This document shows positions 42,736 to 53,326 of a DNA stretch of 64,000 bases, in pieces. A program made the position numbers and the translations under genes. The stretch's first letter is position 1, and each line of letters opens with the position of its first letter. The notes under the pieces were generated by a model. The model did no database searches and was not told where the DNA came from. It saw only the letters and a program-made list of their open reading frames with translations. The stretch comes from an uncultured Chloroflexia bacterium (lineage in GTDB: Bacteria; Chloroflexota; Anaerolineae; B4-G1; SLSP01), in assembly GCA_963751345.1 (NCBI GenBank), contig CAVVUS010000010.1, positions 32,001-96,000 of the forward strand, written 5' to 3'.

Positions 42736-42755
42736 CAGAAGTAGATCGAGACACC

Positions 42756-44713
42756 CTACTGGGTCAGGTCAAGCACCTCGATGTTCCACAGGTCCTCGTT
42801 CTGCGTAGGATCGATCACGACGCCCTTGACCTCGGGCCGTGAGGCCGCGAGCTTGAGGCGCAGGAAGAGCGGGACCACAGGAAGTTGATCAGAGAAGATC
42901 GCCTGGGCATCCTTGTGACCCTGGATGTAGTCGTCGGTGCCGGGCAGCGCGGTGAGTGCGCGCAGGCATGCCGCGTCATAGGTCGGGATCCATGAAGCCT
43001 GGATCGTTCTGGCCACCCCAGTTATTCTCCTCGGACGGGACATTGGTGTCCAGACCCAAGTAGAGGTCGCAGGGCGGCTCCACACCGGTTAGCCAGGCGA
43101 ACGAACCCACGTCGAAGTGGCGTCCGAAGAGCGGGCCCTCGGGGCCATCGGCGAACCACTCGGCGGAGGGATAGTTCTCCAGGTCGACCTTGATGCCGCA
43201 GTCGGCCAGGTTCTGCTGGAAGATCTGCATGTACTGAACGCGCAGGGTGGCGGTGGTGGAGCCCCAGGTGAACTCGAGTACCGTTCCATCGGGAACACCA
43301 TCGACGCCATGGGCCTCGCGGACGCCATCGTCGTTGGTATCGGTCCAGCCGATCTCCTCAAGCGTGGCCATTGCGGCCTCGGTGTCGTAGTCCCAGTGCG
43401 TGAGCATATCCCCGGCGTACAGCGGGTGTTCGGGCGGGACGTAGTCGTCGATCACGACCGAGCGACCGTAGAGCAAGCGTGTCGACAACGCTCTGGCGGT
43501 CGAGACACTGCGCAAAGGCCTGGCGGAAGCGGACATCACCGAAGAAGTCGGGGCGATCGTAGCTCGGGATCGAGTTGATGCCGAAGTCCACGTGCTCCCA
43601 GGTCGTGCCGGTGACGAAGTAAGGCTGAACCACACCCTCCTGCTCCAGCGTGAGCAGCAAGGGGGCCTGATCCTCGAGTGCCACATCCTGCGTGGCCATA
43701 TCGCACTCACCCGAGATCAACTGCGCCACGGCGGCGTTGGAGTCGGGGACGAAGCGGTAGATGACCTGATCAAGATAGGGAAGCCCCTCGCTGGCGCGGA
43801 AGTAGTTGGGGTTCTTCTCCACGGTGATGTGATCGCCTGCGACCCATTCGGTGATGACGAATGCGCCCCAGCCCATCGGCATGCGGGACGATTCGGGGGC
43901 CTCGATCAGATCAGCCGCCGTGTAACCAAGATCCTCCTGCCACAACTTGCGGGGCAGCGGCTGTTGGAAGTTGATGAAGTAGGTGCTGTCGATGTAGCCG
44001 GGGAGGCCCGTCCACACGTCGGTGACGTCGTCAGGAGCCTCATAGGTGGCGGTACGCTCGACGAGGTAGCGGGAGGTGGGCGTGTCAGGATCGGCCAGCA
44101 ACTCGTAGTTGTACACCGAGTCGTCGGCGGTCAGCGGATCACCATTGGACCACATCAAGCCGTCAACCAGCTTGAACGTGACCACCATCTGATCCAGGTC
44201 GACGGGCGTGCCGTCGAAGGCCACGGCGCAGTCAGAGCTGCGGCAGCCGGCGGGGCGGATCATCGTGCCCTCGGCAAGCTCCACGGGGTTGCCGGTGTCG
44301 TCGACGACCATATCGCCGGCTTGGACCGTCACAGCATTGATGACGGCGTCGCCATCATCGAGGCTGGGCAGCTTCTGCAGGATCACTGGCTGGTAGGCAT
44401 AGGTACGGTTGTCGTAGGGGCCATCGTAGACCGCTGCTTGGACGTTGGCGGCTGCCAGCATATCCGTGCCATAAAGATACAGCGAGTCGGGTTCCTGAGC
44501 CGTGCAGACGACGAGCGTCTTCGGCCCTGCCGGTGCTGCAGGCTCTGCCGTCGGGGTGACTTCCTTCACGACCTCGACGGTATTCTGGACCTCGACGGTC
44601 TGCTGGACCACCACGGTCTCCTGGACCACGGCGGGTGTGGGGGTGGCGCAAGCGCTCAGGAGCATCGTGAATACCACAAGCGCTCCGAGCATCACCATCA
44701 ATCGCTTGACCAT
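42756..44713 (-). CDS. oppA: Peptide ABC substrate-binding lipoprotein; indels ~43475 and ~42985
   Basis: Lipobox LSAC, EP.SL, WS.G.PLTADD, NPNY, RQA....DR, P.VPLF. Confidence 0.85.
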
Positions 44714-44939
44714 GCGTTCTCCTCCTTACATAAGGATTGGGTTTGGGTTACTTCGTAGGACACAACAATATGGATCCGCAGCCACGACTTTGGATTCACT
44801 TCCTGAAGGCCATCACCTCCTTCCCGGGCTCAAATCAAAACGTGCGGGACTCACCGGGTTGGGCAAGGCCCACACGTCCCCCTCATTCTAAGGACAAACA
44901 TCCAGATGTCAAGGCCAATTGTCACAGGCCCGTACTCGC

Positions 44940-45590
44940 TCAATGCCGGCTCATCGCGCTCGGGATGGTGTACACCCTCGCCATACCCTCGATCACCTGC
45001 AGGTGCCGGCTGGTGATCAGCAACGCGCCACGCTCTCCCACCACTCTGTCGAGGTCCGTCAGCAGCGCCTGCCAACTCTCCGGTACCAGATGGTCGAAAA
45101 CGTCATCGACCAGGATCACTTGCGGCTGCCGCTTCTCGGCGTAAGCTAGCGCCAGTCGCACACGCTCCATTCCCGACAATGACCGAACCTGAAATGCCAG
45201 CACTCCGGGAGATAACCCACTCGCCATGATCTGCGCCGTCGCGGACGATTTCGCCCCGCGATTTCCAACCAAGGCACCGATCTCGGCATCTTCCGCGAAA
45301 ATCGCGTAGGGATTGGCCCATATCAACAGGATGTCGTCGCGCAGCCTTCGTGGCAATAGCCATCTGGGTCTGCGCGTAACATCCGTGCCCCGCCACGCCA
45401 GATGCCCCGCCACGGGTTGCCGCAGTCGCGCCAATACCTGCAACAGGCGGCTGGCCTCTTCTGCCTGGGTGGCCACCACGCCAACTCGATCACCCGCCCG
45501 CAAGGTCAAGTCGATCGGTCCGGATCTCTGCCCCCCTATCTGCAGCCCTTCGGCAGACAGGAGATCGTCTGTCCCTGCGCCGGTCGACAT
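44940..45590 (-). CDS. Degenerate ABC ATP-binding-like protein
   Basis: ABC layout (LSGMER.R.ALA, ILVDD, LLITS) but no Walker A. Confidence 0.55.
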   Translation of the reverse strand: MSTGAGTDDLLSAEGLQIGGQRSGPIDLTLRAGDRVGVVATQAEEASRLLQVLARLRQPVAGHLAWRGTDVTRRPRWLLPRRLRDDILLIWANPYAIFAEDAEIGALVGNRGAKSSATAQIMASGLSPGVLAFQVRSLSGMERVRLALAYAEKRQPQVILVDDVFDHLVPESWQALLTDLDRVVGERGALLITSRHLQVIEGMARVYTIPSAMSRH

Positions 45591-45596
45591 GAGTCG

Positions 45597-45974
45597 CTAA
45601 GAGGCGAGCCGCAGATCCAGGACCTGCTTAGCTGCCACACCGGCAAACGCAGACGGACGGCAGCGACCGCCGGGCTCCCTGCTGATCAATTCGTTAGTCG
45701 AGGGAGGATAGACGGTGTCCGCCCCGTGCACCCAGGAGCCCAACCTGCGCCAGTACGACGACCTGAAGACCGGTGCCCAGGATATCTGCGTGACCCACGC
45801 CTGCAGGCTGACCCTCAATGCCAGCCGAGCTGACGTCTGCTTCTCAGATGCCGGCATGGTTTGCGTTCGCTGGACGATGGACTGCCACACGGACTCGGGC
45901 GGTTCCGCTTCGGACGCCGGGAGCAGTGCTTGTCGAAAGAGCTCGTCGATCGTATGTGAGCTAGGTGAACTCAT
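45597..45974 (-). CDS. Hypothetical protein, candidate soluble anti-sigma
   Basis: Overlaps 3' end of ECF sigma gene; ID.LFRQAL....EPP..VWQ.I N-terminus. Confidence 0.5.
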   Translation of the reverse strand: MSSPSSHTIDELFRQALLPASEAEPPESVWQSIVQRTQTMPASEKQTSARLALRVSLQAWVTQISWAPVFRSSYWRRLGSWVHGADTVYPPSTNELISREPGGRCRPSAFAGVAAKQVLDLRLAS

Positions 45975-46572
45975 ACGTCATCTCGGGAACTGGGCGTTGG
46001 CGCTGCACCAGCTGGTCGCGTAGGCGTCCGCGCGCATAGTGAAGCCGTGACTTGACCGTGCCCACGGGGAGGTCCAACGTCTGTGAGATCTCCTCAATGG
46101 ATAGGTTTTCCATATAGAACAGCACGATGACCGACCGGTGTAACGGAGACAACTCCGCGATTGCCTCGCGTACGACACGCATGGTCTCCTGCTCCTCGGC
46201 CTTACGGTCCGGTGCCGGAAACGCACTCGCCAGCCCCGACAGCCACTCCAGCACGTCATCGAGCGGTCGCATCACCCGTCTCTTTGTCCAATCGTAAGCT
46301 AGATTGACGGTCACCCTGTACAGCCAGGGACGCAAGGGGCGATTCGCGTCGATCGATGCCGCGTACGTGTGCAGGCGGACAAAGCACTCCTGAAGTATGT
46401 CCTCGGCGGCGCGCTCGTCCCGTATGATCGCCAGTGCCGTGCGGTAGACGAGCATCCTGTAACGATTGAACAGACCCCCAAGCGCCTTAAGGTCGCCTTC
46501 CTGGAGACGCAGCACGAGTGCGACGTCTTCAACGTCGCTATCGTCCTGTAGGGCTCCGTTGTGCTTCTCCAT
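45961..46572 (-). CDS. ECF sigma-70 factor
   Basis: AEDILQE.F, PWLYRV.VN, EIS..L.LP.GTVKSRL..AR. Confidence 0.9.
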   Translation of the reverse strand: MEKHNGALQDDSDVEDVALVLRLQEGDLKALGGLFNRYRMLVYRTALAIIRDERAAEDILQECFVRLHTYAASIDANRPLRPWLYRVTVNLAYDWTKRRVMRPLDDVLEWLSGLASAFPAPDRKAEEQETMRVVREAIAELSPLHRSVIVLFYMENLSIEEISQTLDLPVGTVKSRLHYARGRLRDQLVQRQRPVPEMTYEFT

Positions 46573-46584
46573 ATATATACCCGG

Positions 46585-47354
46585 CTAGATCGGATCGGGT
46601 TCACTCGATTCGGCCTCGATCTCAGCCAGGAGACTCTGGTCCCCTGCCGAGAGTGCCGCATGTTGCACCAGATCGGGGCGTCTTTCCCATGTGCGCTTGA
46701 GCGCCATTCGCCGTTTCCACCGTGCGATAGCTGCGTGATCGCCTGATCGCAGTACCTCGGGGACCGCACACCCCTCGAACGTCGCCGGCCGTCGTGTACT
46801 GAGGGCCTTCGAGCAAACCCCTCGCATACGAATCGTCGTGCGCGCCTTCTGCGGCGCCCAGGACGCCGGGGATGAAGCGCGCCACCGCGTCGACCACGAC
46901 CATCGCCGCCAATTCTCCTCCGGTGAGTACATAATCGCCGATCGAGACTTCGTCGGTGACGAGATGCTCGCGGACGCGTTCGTCGATGCCCTCATAGTGG
47001 CCGCAGATCAACGCAATTCTCGGTTCCGTCGCCAATGTCTCTGCGACAGCTATGCGTGAACGGGCGTCCCTGGGGGGATAACAGGATGATGGGCAAGGAA
47101 GCCTTGCCTGCGGGCGCGGGTTCGTCGCGGAGCACGGCTCTCACCGCGCTGAAGATCGGCTCCGGCTTCATCACCATGCCTTGACCTCCCCCGTAGGGCA
47201 GGTCGTCGGTCATCTGGTGTCGATCGAATGCATAGTCGCGGATCTGGTGAAGGAAGATGGTCAGGACATCCCGCTCCTGGGCACGCTTCAGAATGCTCTC
47301 TTGGAAAGGTCCCAGGAACATTAGGGGGAACAGGGAAAAGATATCAATCCGCAT
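46585..47354 (-). CDS. trmD: tRNA (guanine37-N1)-methyltransferase; two indels (~47045, ~46790)
   Basis: [56 protein letters not shown]. Confidence 0.92.
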
Positions 47355-47443
47355 GCCACCGTATTCTAATACTTCCTCTGTCGGGATCAAGCATGGGGAT
47401 GGCCCCGCCATAGCTTGCTTCTGCGACTGCGCGACACGGCGAT

Positions 47444-47471
47444 CGTGGGTTCGAATCCCGCCTCTCCGCCA
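47444..47471 (+). pseudogene. Isolated tRNA 3' fragment (T-arm, acceptor strand, CCA; Ser-like)
   Basis: cgtgggTTCGAATcccgcctctccgCCA; no matching GGAGAG 5' half upstream. Confidence 0.65.
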
Positions 47472-47493
47472 AGTCATCACCCGGCAGTTGATG

Positions 47494-47528
47494 CAACAAA
47501 GCCCACTCAGACCGAGTGGGCTTTGTTG
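47494..47528. terminator. Bidirectional terminator
   Basis: 15-bp stem caacaaagcccactc / gagtgggctttgttg. Confidence 0.8.
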
Positions 47529-47543
47529 TGTCCTCGCAGCACC

Positions 47544-48863
47544 TTAGTCGAACTCCGTCAGCCACTTCTCCTCTGCCCTGAAGAGTTTGTCCACCATCTC
47601 CCTGATCTCTGCCATGGAAAGCAGCGCCGATGTGAGCGGGTCGTAGAGACAGGCGTGGTAGATCTTCTCGCGGTCGCCCTCCAGCGCGCCCTCCACAGCC
47701 AGCTCCTCGCATTGGGCGTTGATGCCGTTCAAGATGGCGAGTTGCGGGGGAAGCGGGCCCACGTGCATCGGCTTCAGGCCGCCCTGTGAGGCCAGCACCG
47801 GCACCTCGACGCAGCAGCCCGCGGGCAGGTTGTCGATCAGGCCCCAGTTGCGCACGTTGCCGTTGAACTCGAACATCGTGTGGTCGCCGAAGACAGCGTT
47901 GAAGATGTAGGCAGCGTATTCGCGCCCGCGCGTGAGGTCGATATCCCCGCTCATCCAGCGGTTGAACTCTGCCACGCGGCGTTCCTTATGACCGTAAGCG
48001 GGGTCATGGCGCTTCATCCAGTCTAGCCCCGGGTTCCAGCCGGTGCCGTGCGTGCAGTAGGTCTCGATGAGGTCCGGTCGCTTACGGAACCAGGCGTTGT
48101 ACTCGGAGTTATGCCCGCTCGATTCGGTGACGTAATAGCCCAGTTGTAGGAACATCTCATTGCGCACCTGTTCCTCGTTGTAGATCTCGGGGCGCTGGGT
48201 CACCGCTTCGTGGATGAGGGGATAGGCATCCTTCCCGTTCCACTTGTACTCCAGGTAGTGGGCCTGATGGTTGATGCCGGCACAGACGTAGGTCACCTCA
48301 TCCATCGGTGCGCCGATCCAGCGGGCCAGCATCTCCGCGGTGCCCTGTACGCTGTGGCACAGACCACTTGCGCGCACCTTCGAGACGCCCTGGATGGCGC
48401 GGCAGAGCATCGCCATAGGGTTGGTGTAGTTGAGGAAGATCGCGTCGGGGCAGTAGGTCTCGATGTCGCGCAGAATCTCGAGCATGGGAGGCCAGGTGCG
48501 CAGAAAACGGAAGATGGCCGAGGGGCCGCGGGTGTCTCCCACGCAGATCGAGATCCCGTATTCCTTGGGGATGGCGATATCGGTATAGATGTCCTGGTCG
48601 TCACCGGTGAGGATGGTGGTGAGGACGCCATCGGCGCCTTCCAGGGCCTTTGCGCGATCAAGGGTCGCGGTCACCTTCGCCGGGTAGTTGCCCGCCTCGA
48701 CGATGCGATCGACCACCTGTTTGGCCAGCGCGAGGTTATCCGCGTCAATGTCCATCAGGGCGATCTCACAGTCGCGGAAAGCGGGGAAGGTGAGGATGTC
48801 ACGCACCAGATTCCGCGTGAAGGTAACGCTGCCGGCACCGATAAAAGTGATCTTCCTGGGCAT
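47544..48863 (-). CDS. melA: GH4 alpha-galactosidase
   Basis: [42 protein letters not shown]. Confidence 0.85.
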   Translation of the reverse strand: MPRKITFIGAGSVTFTRNLVRDILTFPAFRDCEIALMDIDADNLALAKQVVDRIVEAGNYPAKVTATLDRAKALEGADGVLTTILTGDDQDIYTDIAIPKEYGISICVGDTRGPSAIFRFLRTWPPMLEILRDIETYCPDAIFLNYTNPMAMLCRAIQGVSKVRASGLCHSVQGTAEMLARWIGAPMDEVTYVCAGINHQAHYLEYKWNGKDAYPLIHEAVTQRPEIYNEEQVRNEMFLQLGYYVTESSGHNSEYNAWFRKRPDLIETYCTHGTGWNPGLDWMKRHDPAYGHKERRVAEFNRWMSGDIDLTRGREYAAYIFNAVFGDHTMFEFNGNVRNWGLIDNLPAGCCVEVPVLASQGGLKPMHVGPLPPQLAILNGINAQCEELAVEGALEGDREKIYHACLYDPLTSALLSMAEIREMVDKLFRAEEKWLTEFD

Positions 48864-48936
48864 AGTCAGTTCCTTTCGGTCATGGGGGCTGCGTGAATAG
48901 CAGCTATTTCACGGCTGGCTGCGCAAGGTCAGCGGC

Positions 48937-50286
48937 CTACGCAGCGCGGCGCCAAAGCTCCCGCGCAAGTTCGCGCGACTGCGCGGTGATGGCATCCTCG
49001 TCCAGCGTCAGGAGTTTCCGATCCCGCATCAGCACCTCGCCCCCGCTGATGGTCGTGGTCACCATGGAGGCCTCATAGCCGAAGATCATATGCCACGGCA
49101 GGTTGTCGGCTGTGAGGGGTGTCGTGGGGTGGTAGTCCACCAGGACGATGTCGGCGGCTGCGCCGGGCGTGAGTGCTCCCAATGGTTGGTCCGGCCAGAA
49201 AATCCTGGCCAGCGCTGCGTTAGCCTCATAGGCCAGGCGGAAAACGAGGTCGGCCGGCATCGCGCGTGGATCCCGACGGACCAGCTTATGCCCGAGGTAA
49301 GCCGCTTTCATCTCGGCAAACATATTGTTCGAGAATCCGTCGTTTCCCAGGGCCACGTGCACACCGTGGTCGAGCATGGCTTCCACCTGCGCGAAGCCGA
49401 CTGCATTGTTCATATTGGACCTCGGCTGGTGTGTCACCCAGGTGCCTGTATCCGCCAGCAGCGTCATCTCCTCCTCGTCGATGTGCACCGCGTGAGCCAC
49501 AATGGTGCGCGGCCCCAGGATCCCGGCGTCGTGCAGCCGCGAGATGACGCGCTTCCCTGATTTGGCCAGGCTGTCCTCGACGTCCTCGATGCCCTCGGCG
49601 CCGTGGATGTGGAACCCACACACCGCGCCGTCACGGTTCGCTCGATCGCGCGCCGCAACTGCGTCGGCCAACGTGGCATCGCTCAACGTCAGCGACGCGT
49701 GCAGTCCGAAGGATGCAGCCAGTTGCGGGTGAGGATCCTGCGCCAGCCGTCGCAGAAACCGCACGTTCTCCTCGATTCCTTCTCGGGCGCGGTCGCTTCC
49801 ATCCCGGTCGGTAACCTCATAGGCGAGTGCGGCCCGCACTCCCGACGCACATACGGCATCCGCGATAACGTCCAGCGATCCCTCAATGGCGTTGGGGCTT
49901 GCATGGTGATCGATGAGCGTGGTGGTTCCGTGGCGCACTGCGTCGGCGAGGCACACCAGCGCCGAGGCATGCACGTCCTCCAGGGTCAGGTGTTTGTCCA
50001 GACGCCACCACAGCCGCTCGAGCACCTGGCCAAATGAGGCCGCCGGTGGCCCGGGATATGCCCAACCCCGCGCAAACGCGCCGTAGAAGTGTGTGTGCCC
50101 GCAGAGACTTGCCGGCAGTGCGAGTTCTCCTCGAGCATCGATCTGCTCCTCGTCGGGATGTGCCCCCGCCAATTCCTGCGTTGTACCGGTGTCCACGATC
50201 TGCCGGTCTCGAATGAGGATTGCGCCGTCCTCGATCAGACGAGGTTCCGGCCCCAGCGTCGCGACGGTAGCGTGCGTGATCAGCAT
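48937..50286 (-). CDS. ssnA: SsnA-like amidohydrolase
   Basis: CGHTHFY....RG, L..LWWRLD, DHHASP, GLHAS.TLS, H.P.SNMNNAVG, LG.DG. Confidence 0.8.
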   Translation of the reverse strand: MLITHATVATLGPEPRLIEDGAILIRDRQIVDTGTTQELAGAHPDEEQIDARGELALPASLCGHTHFYGAFARGWAYPGPPAASFGQVLERLWWRLDKHLTLEDVHASALVCLADAVRHGTTTLIDHHASPNAIEGSLDVIADAVCASGVRAALAYEVTDRDGSDRAREGIEENVRFLRRLAQDPHPQLAASFGLHASLTLSDATLADAVAARDRANRDGAVCGFHIHGAEGIEDVEDSLAKSGKRVISRLHDAGILGPRTIVAHAVHIDEEEMTLLADTGTWVTHQPRSNMNNAVGFAQVEAMLDHGVHVALGNDGFSNNMFAEMKAAYLGHKLVRRDPRAMPADLVFRLAYEANAALARIFWPDQPLGALTPGAAADIVLVDYHPTTPLTADNLPWHMIFGYEASMVTTTISGGEVLMRDRKLLTLDEDAITAQSRELARELWRRAA

Positions 50287-50302
50287 GCGGTCCCCCTTCC
50301 CG

Positions 50303-51226
50303 TCAATGGAATCGTGGATCCTCGCGCAGAATACGCCGGAGTCCGTCCCTGAGTTTGATCTGCGGCTTGTAGTGCAGGAGCTCTTTGGCGACGGTGAGGT
50401 CGGCCTGCAAACGTGACACGCCACCGTTGCCGACCGGGCTGTAGATGATATTACTGGTGGAGTGCGTCAGGTCGAGGATCTCCTGGGCCAACTGGTTGAC
50501 GGATACCTCAATACCGCTTCCCACGTTGATGGTAAGGTGTTCGGATCCTTCGATGCTCAGGGCACTAATGAGCGCCCGCACGATGTCGCTGACATAGACG
50601 AAGTCGCGGGTCTGCTTGCCATCCCCAAAGATCACCAACGAGCCTCCCCCGAGTGCCTGGCTGATGAACCGGGGGATGACCGAGGAGTGTGAGGGAAGCA
50701 GGGGCTGACCCGGTCCGTACGCATTGAAGATCCGCAGCACGATTGCGGTCGTCCCCCAGAGCGTGCTGATGGTCCGGACGTAGTGCTCGGCTGCCAGTTT
50801 GCTGACGGCATAGGGCGAAAGTGGGTTGGGGCGGGCGCTCTCTGTGACCGGCTGACTGGCCTGGTCCCCGTAAAGTGCCCCCGACGATGTGAAGACAATG
50901 CGTGGTATCCCTACGTCACGCATCGCTTCCAAGAGGGCGACCGTGCCGCTGACGTTCGCTTCATTATATTCTCTCGGGTACAGAATGGACTCCGCTACCA
51001 AAACGCGCGCCGCCAGATGATAGACGCAGTCGACGCCCTGCAGGAGCGACCAGAGTTTCGGACGGTCCGTGATGTTGCCGCGATGGAAGAGGACGCCGGG
51101 GCCCAAGCGAGCCGGATCACCCGCGCTCAGGTCGTCGATGACCAGGACCTCGTGTCCTTCTCCAGCAAGCGTGTTAGCTAGGGCGCTACCGAGAAAACCT
51201 GCGCCACCGGTGATTAGTATTCTCAC
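50303..51226 (-). CDS. NAD-dependent epimerase/dehydratase (GalE-like)
   Basis: ITGGAGFLGS, YHLAA, SPYAVSK, GDG.QTRDFVYV. Confidence 0.85.
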   Translation of the reverse strand: MRILITGGAGFLGSALANTLAGEGHEVLVIDDLSAGDPARLGPGVLFHRGNITDRPKLWSLLQGVDCVYHLAARVLVAESILYPREYNEANVSGTVALLEAMRDVGIPRIVFTSSGALYGDQASQPVTESARPNPLSPYAVSKLAAEHYVRTISTLWGTTAIVLRIFNAYGPGQPLLPSHSSVIPRFISQALGGGSLVIFGDGKQTRDFVYVSDIVRALISALSIEGSEHLTINVGSGIEVSVNQLAQEILDLTHSTSNIIYSPVGNGGVSRLQADLTVAKELLHYKPQIKLRDGLRRILREDPRFH

Positions 51227-51360
51227 GATGCCTCCGAGGGCTGTAAATGAACGTCACCCATTGTAGCAGATCCCACGAGGGTGCCCAACCATGCAAAGGT
51301 TTCCGGCCCTTGCTGAGCCGCCTGTTTCGCGATATCATCTGGTCAACGACAAGGAGGGCC

Positions 51361-52713
51361 ATGAGCCTACGCAAGTCTATCAGGGAAACTATCGCTCCAC
51401 TGGAGAAAGCCTTTCTCGTGGGGGTCGAATGGAAAGCGAAGCCGGATGGCAAGTATGCGCCTGGTGACTGGCCCGTGGAGCAATCCCTGGTCGAGTTGGC
51501 GCGCCTGGCCGACACGGCGGGTCTGGAGGTTGTCGGTTCCACTTCCCAGAAATTGGACCGCCCACATTCGGCGACCTTCGTCGGCTCCGGAAAGGCCGAG
51601 GAGATTGCCTCCGAAGTGCATGACCTTGGGGCAGACGTCGTCATCTTCGACGATGAGTTAGCACCTCGCCATCAGCGCGGATTGGAGAAGGCCTTCGGGA
51701 CAGACATCAAGGTGATGGATCGCACCGCGCTGATCCTCGATATCTTCGCCCAGCACGCCAGCACGCGCGAGGGTGCGCTGCAGGTGGAGCTGGCGCAGTA
51801 CGTGTACCGGCTGCCGCGGCTCACGCAGGACTGGACGGACCGCTCGTATACCCGGCAGGCCGGTGGTCGTGCCGGTGGACGCACGGGTGGCGTCGGGCTC
51901 CGTGGTCCCGGCGAGACCCAGTTGGAGATGGATCGTTTTGTCATCCGTCGCCGCATTGCGCAGATCAAACGCGAGCTGGAAAGTGTGCGTGCCTCGCGGG
52001 CTCGTCAGCGCAATCAGCGCCGCCGCGACGGGTTGCCCACCGTGTCCCTGGTTGGCTATACCAATGCCGGAAAGTCAACGTTGCTCAACGCGCTGAGCGG
52101 CTCCACGATTTACGCAGCGAATCAGCTTTTCGCGACGCTGGATCCCACAACCCGTCGGGTCACGTTACCCGGAGGCGCAGTTGTCCTCTTCACCGATACC
52201 GTAGGGTTCATCCAGAAACTGCCCACCGATCTGATTGCGGCGTTCCGGGCCACGCTTGAGGAGGTCTTGGAGGCCGATCTTCTCGTCCACGTGATCGACG
52301 TGAGCCACCCCCAGGCGATGGATCAGGCCCGGGCCGTCTTTGCCACGCTCAAGAGTATCGGCGCTGAGGATCTTCCGATCGTCAACGCACTCAATAAAAT
52401 CGATCGCCTCGAAAACCCCGAGGCGGCGAGTGCCGCGCTTTGGGATCTCCCCGACAGTGTGGCCATCTCGGCGCTGGAGGGCCAGGGCCTGGGCGAGCTC
52501 CTTGCGGAGGTCGAGGAGGTCCTCGAATCTGCGATGATGCGCATCCGCGTCTTGCTGCCTTTCGACCGCGGCGATCTGGTCAACTTGATCCACGAGCGGG
52601 GGTTGATCGAAGAGGAATCCCACGGCGCCGACGGAACCCTGATTGTGGGCCAGGTGCCCGACACGCTGGCGGCTCAACTGGTCGATTTTTCGACGAAGCC
52701 TGCCGAAGGCTAG
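51361..52713 (+). CDS. hflX: GTPase HflX
   Basis: DR..LILDIFA..A...EG.LQVELAQ, GPGE.QLE.D, GYTNAGKS, FATLD.T, DTVGFI, NKID. Confidence 0.95.
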   Translation: MSLRKSIRETIAPLEKAFLVGVEWKAKPDGKYAPGDWPVEQSLVELARLADTAGLEVVGSTSQKLDRPHSATFVGSGKAEEIASEVHDLGADVVIFDDELAPRHQRGLEKAFGTDIKVMDRTALILDIFAQHASTREGALQVELAQYVYRLPRLTQDWTDRSYTRQAGGRAGGRTGGVGLRGPGETQLEMDRFVIRRRIAQIKRELESVRASRARQRNQRRRDGLPTVSLVGYTNAGKSTLLNALSGSTIYAANQLFATLDPTTRRVTLPGGAVVLFTDTVGFIQKLPTDLIAAFRATLEEVLEADLLVHVIDVSHPQAMDQARAVFATLKSIGAEDLPIVNALNKIDRLENPEAASAALWDLPDSVAISALEGQGLGELLAEVEEVLESAMMRIRVLLPFDRGDLVNLIHERGLIEEESHGADGTLIVGQVPDTLAAQLVDFSTKPAEG

Positions 52714-52720
52714 GCCGGCC

Positions 52721-53326
52721 ATGGGGCATTGGCGCAAACAGCAACATCAGGAGCAGTATTTCCGCAAGGCGAAGCAGGAGGGCTATCGTGCCCGGTCGGC
52801 CTACAAGTTGATCCAGATCCAGGATAAGTTCCACATCATCCGCCGTGGGGACGTTGTGGTGGATCTGGGTGCCGCGCCGGGTTCGTGGTCTCAGGTGGTC
52901 TCGGGGTTGGTGGGAGATCGCGGGAAGGTGGTCGCTCTCGATCTCCAGGAGATCGAGCCGATCCCGGGCGTCACCACGATCCAGGGCGATATGACCGATC
53001 CTGACGTGCAGGCCCGGGTCATCGAGATCGTGGGGGGCAGGGCGAACGTCGTTCTCAGCGATGCGGCGCCTTCCACGACCGGGGTCAAGCTGCGCGATCA
53101 CGTGCTCTCCATCGAGTTGGCCCGTGCCGCCTTCACCGTCGCCAGGGAACTCCTCGTGCGCAACGGAAACATGGTGCTCAAGGTCTTCGAGGGAGAGGAT
53201 CTCCCCGACCTGATCCGCGAGGTCAAGCTGGCGTTTCACCCCGTCAAGGTGCATACCCCGGCCGCGACCCGGAACGAGAGTTGGGAGTCCTTTATCGTCG
53301 CCCGAGGTTTCAAGGGCGTGCGCTGA
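52721..53326 (+). CDS. rlmE: 23S rRNA Um2552 methyltransferase
   Basis: AK.EGYRARSAYKL, DLGAAPGSWSQ, SDAAP, KVF.G. Confidence 0.9.
   Translation: MGHWRKQQHQEQYFRKAKQEGYRARSAYKLIQIQDKFHIIRRGDVVVDLGAAPGSWSQVVSGLVGDRGKVVALDLQEIEPIPGVTTIQGDMTDPDVQARVIEIVGGRANVVLSDAAPSTTGVKLRDHVLSIELARAAFTVARELLVRNGNMVLKVFEGEDLPDLIREVKLAFHPVKVHTPAATRNESWESFIVARGFKGVR

Noticed and set aside
46585-47354. trmD and other split genes as pseudogenes or recoding sites
   Set aside because: No slippery-site-plus-stem signal was seen as in the chelatase; trmD is essential and motifs are intact, so sequencing error is most likely.
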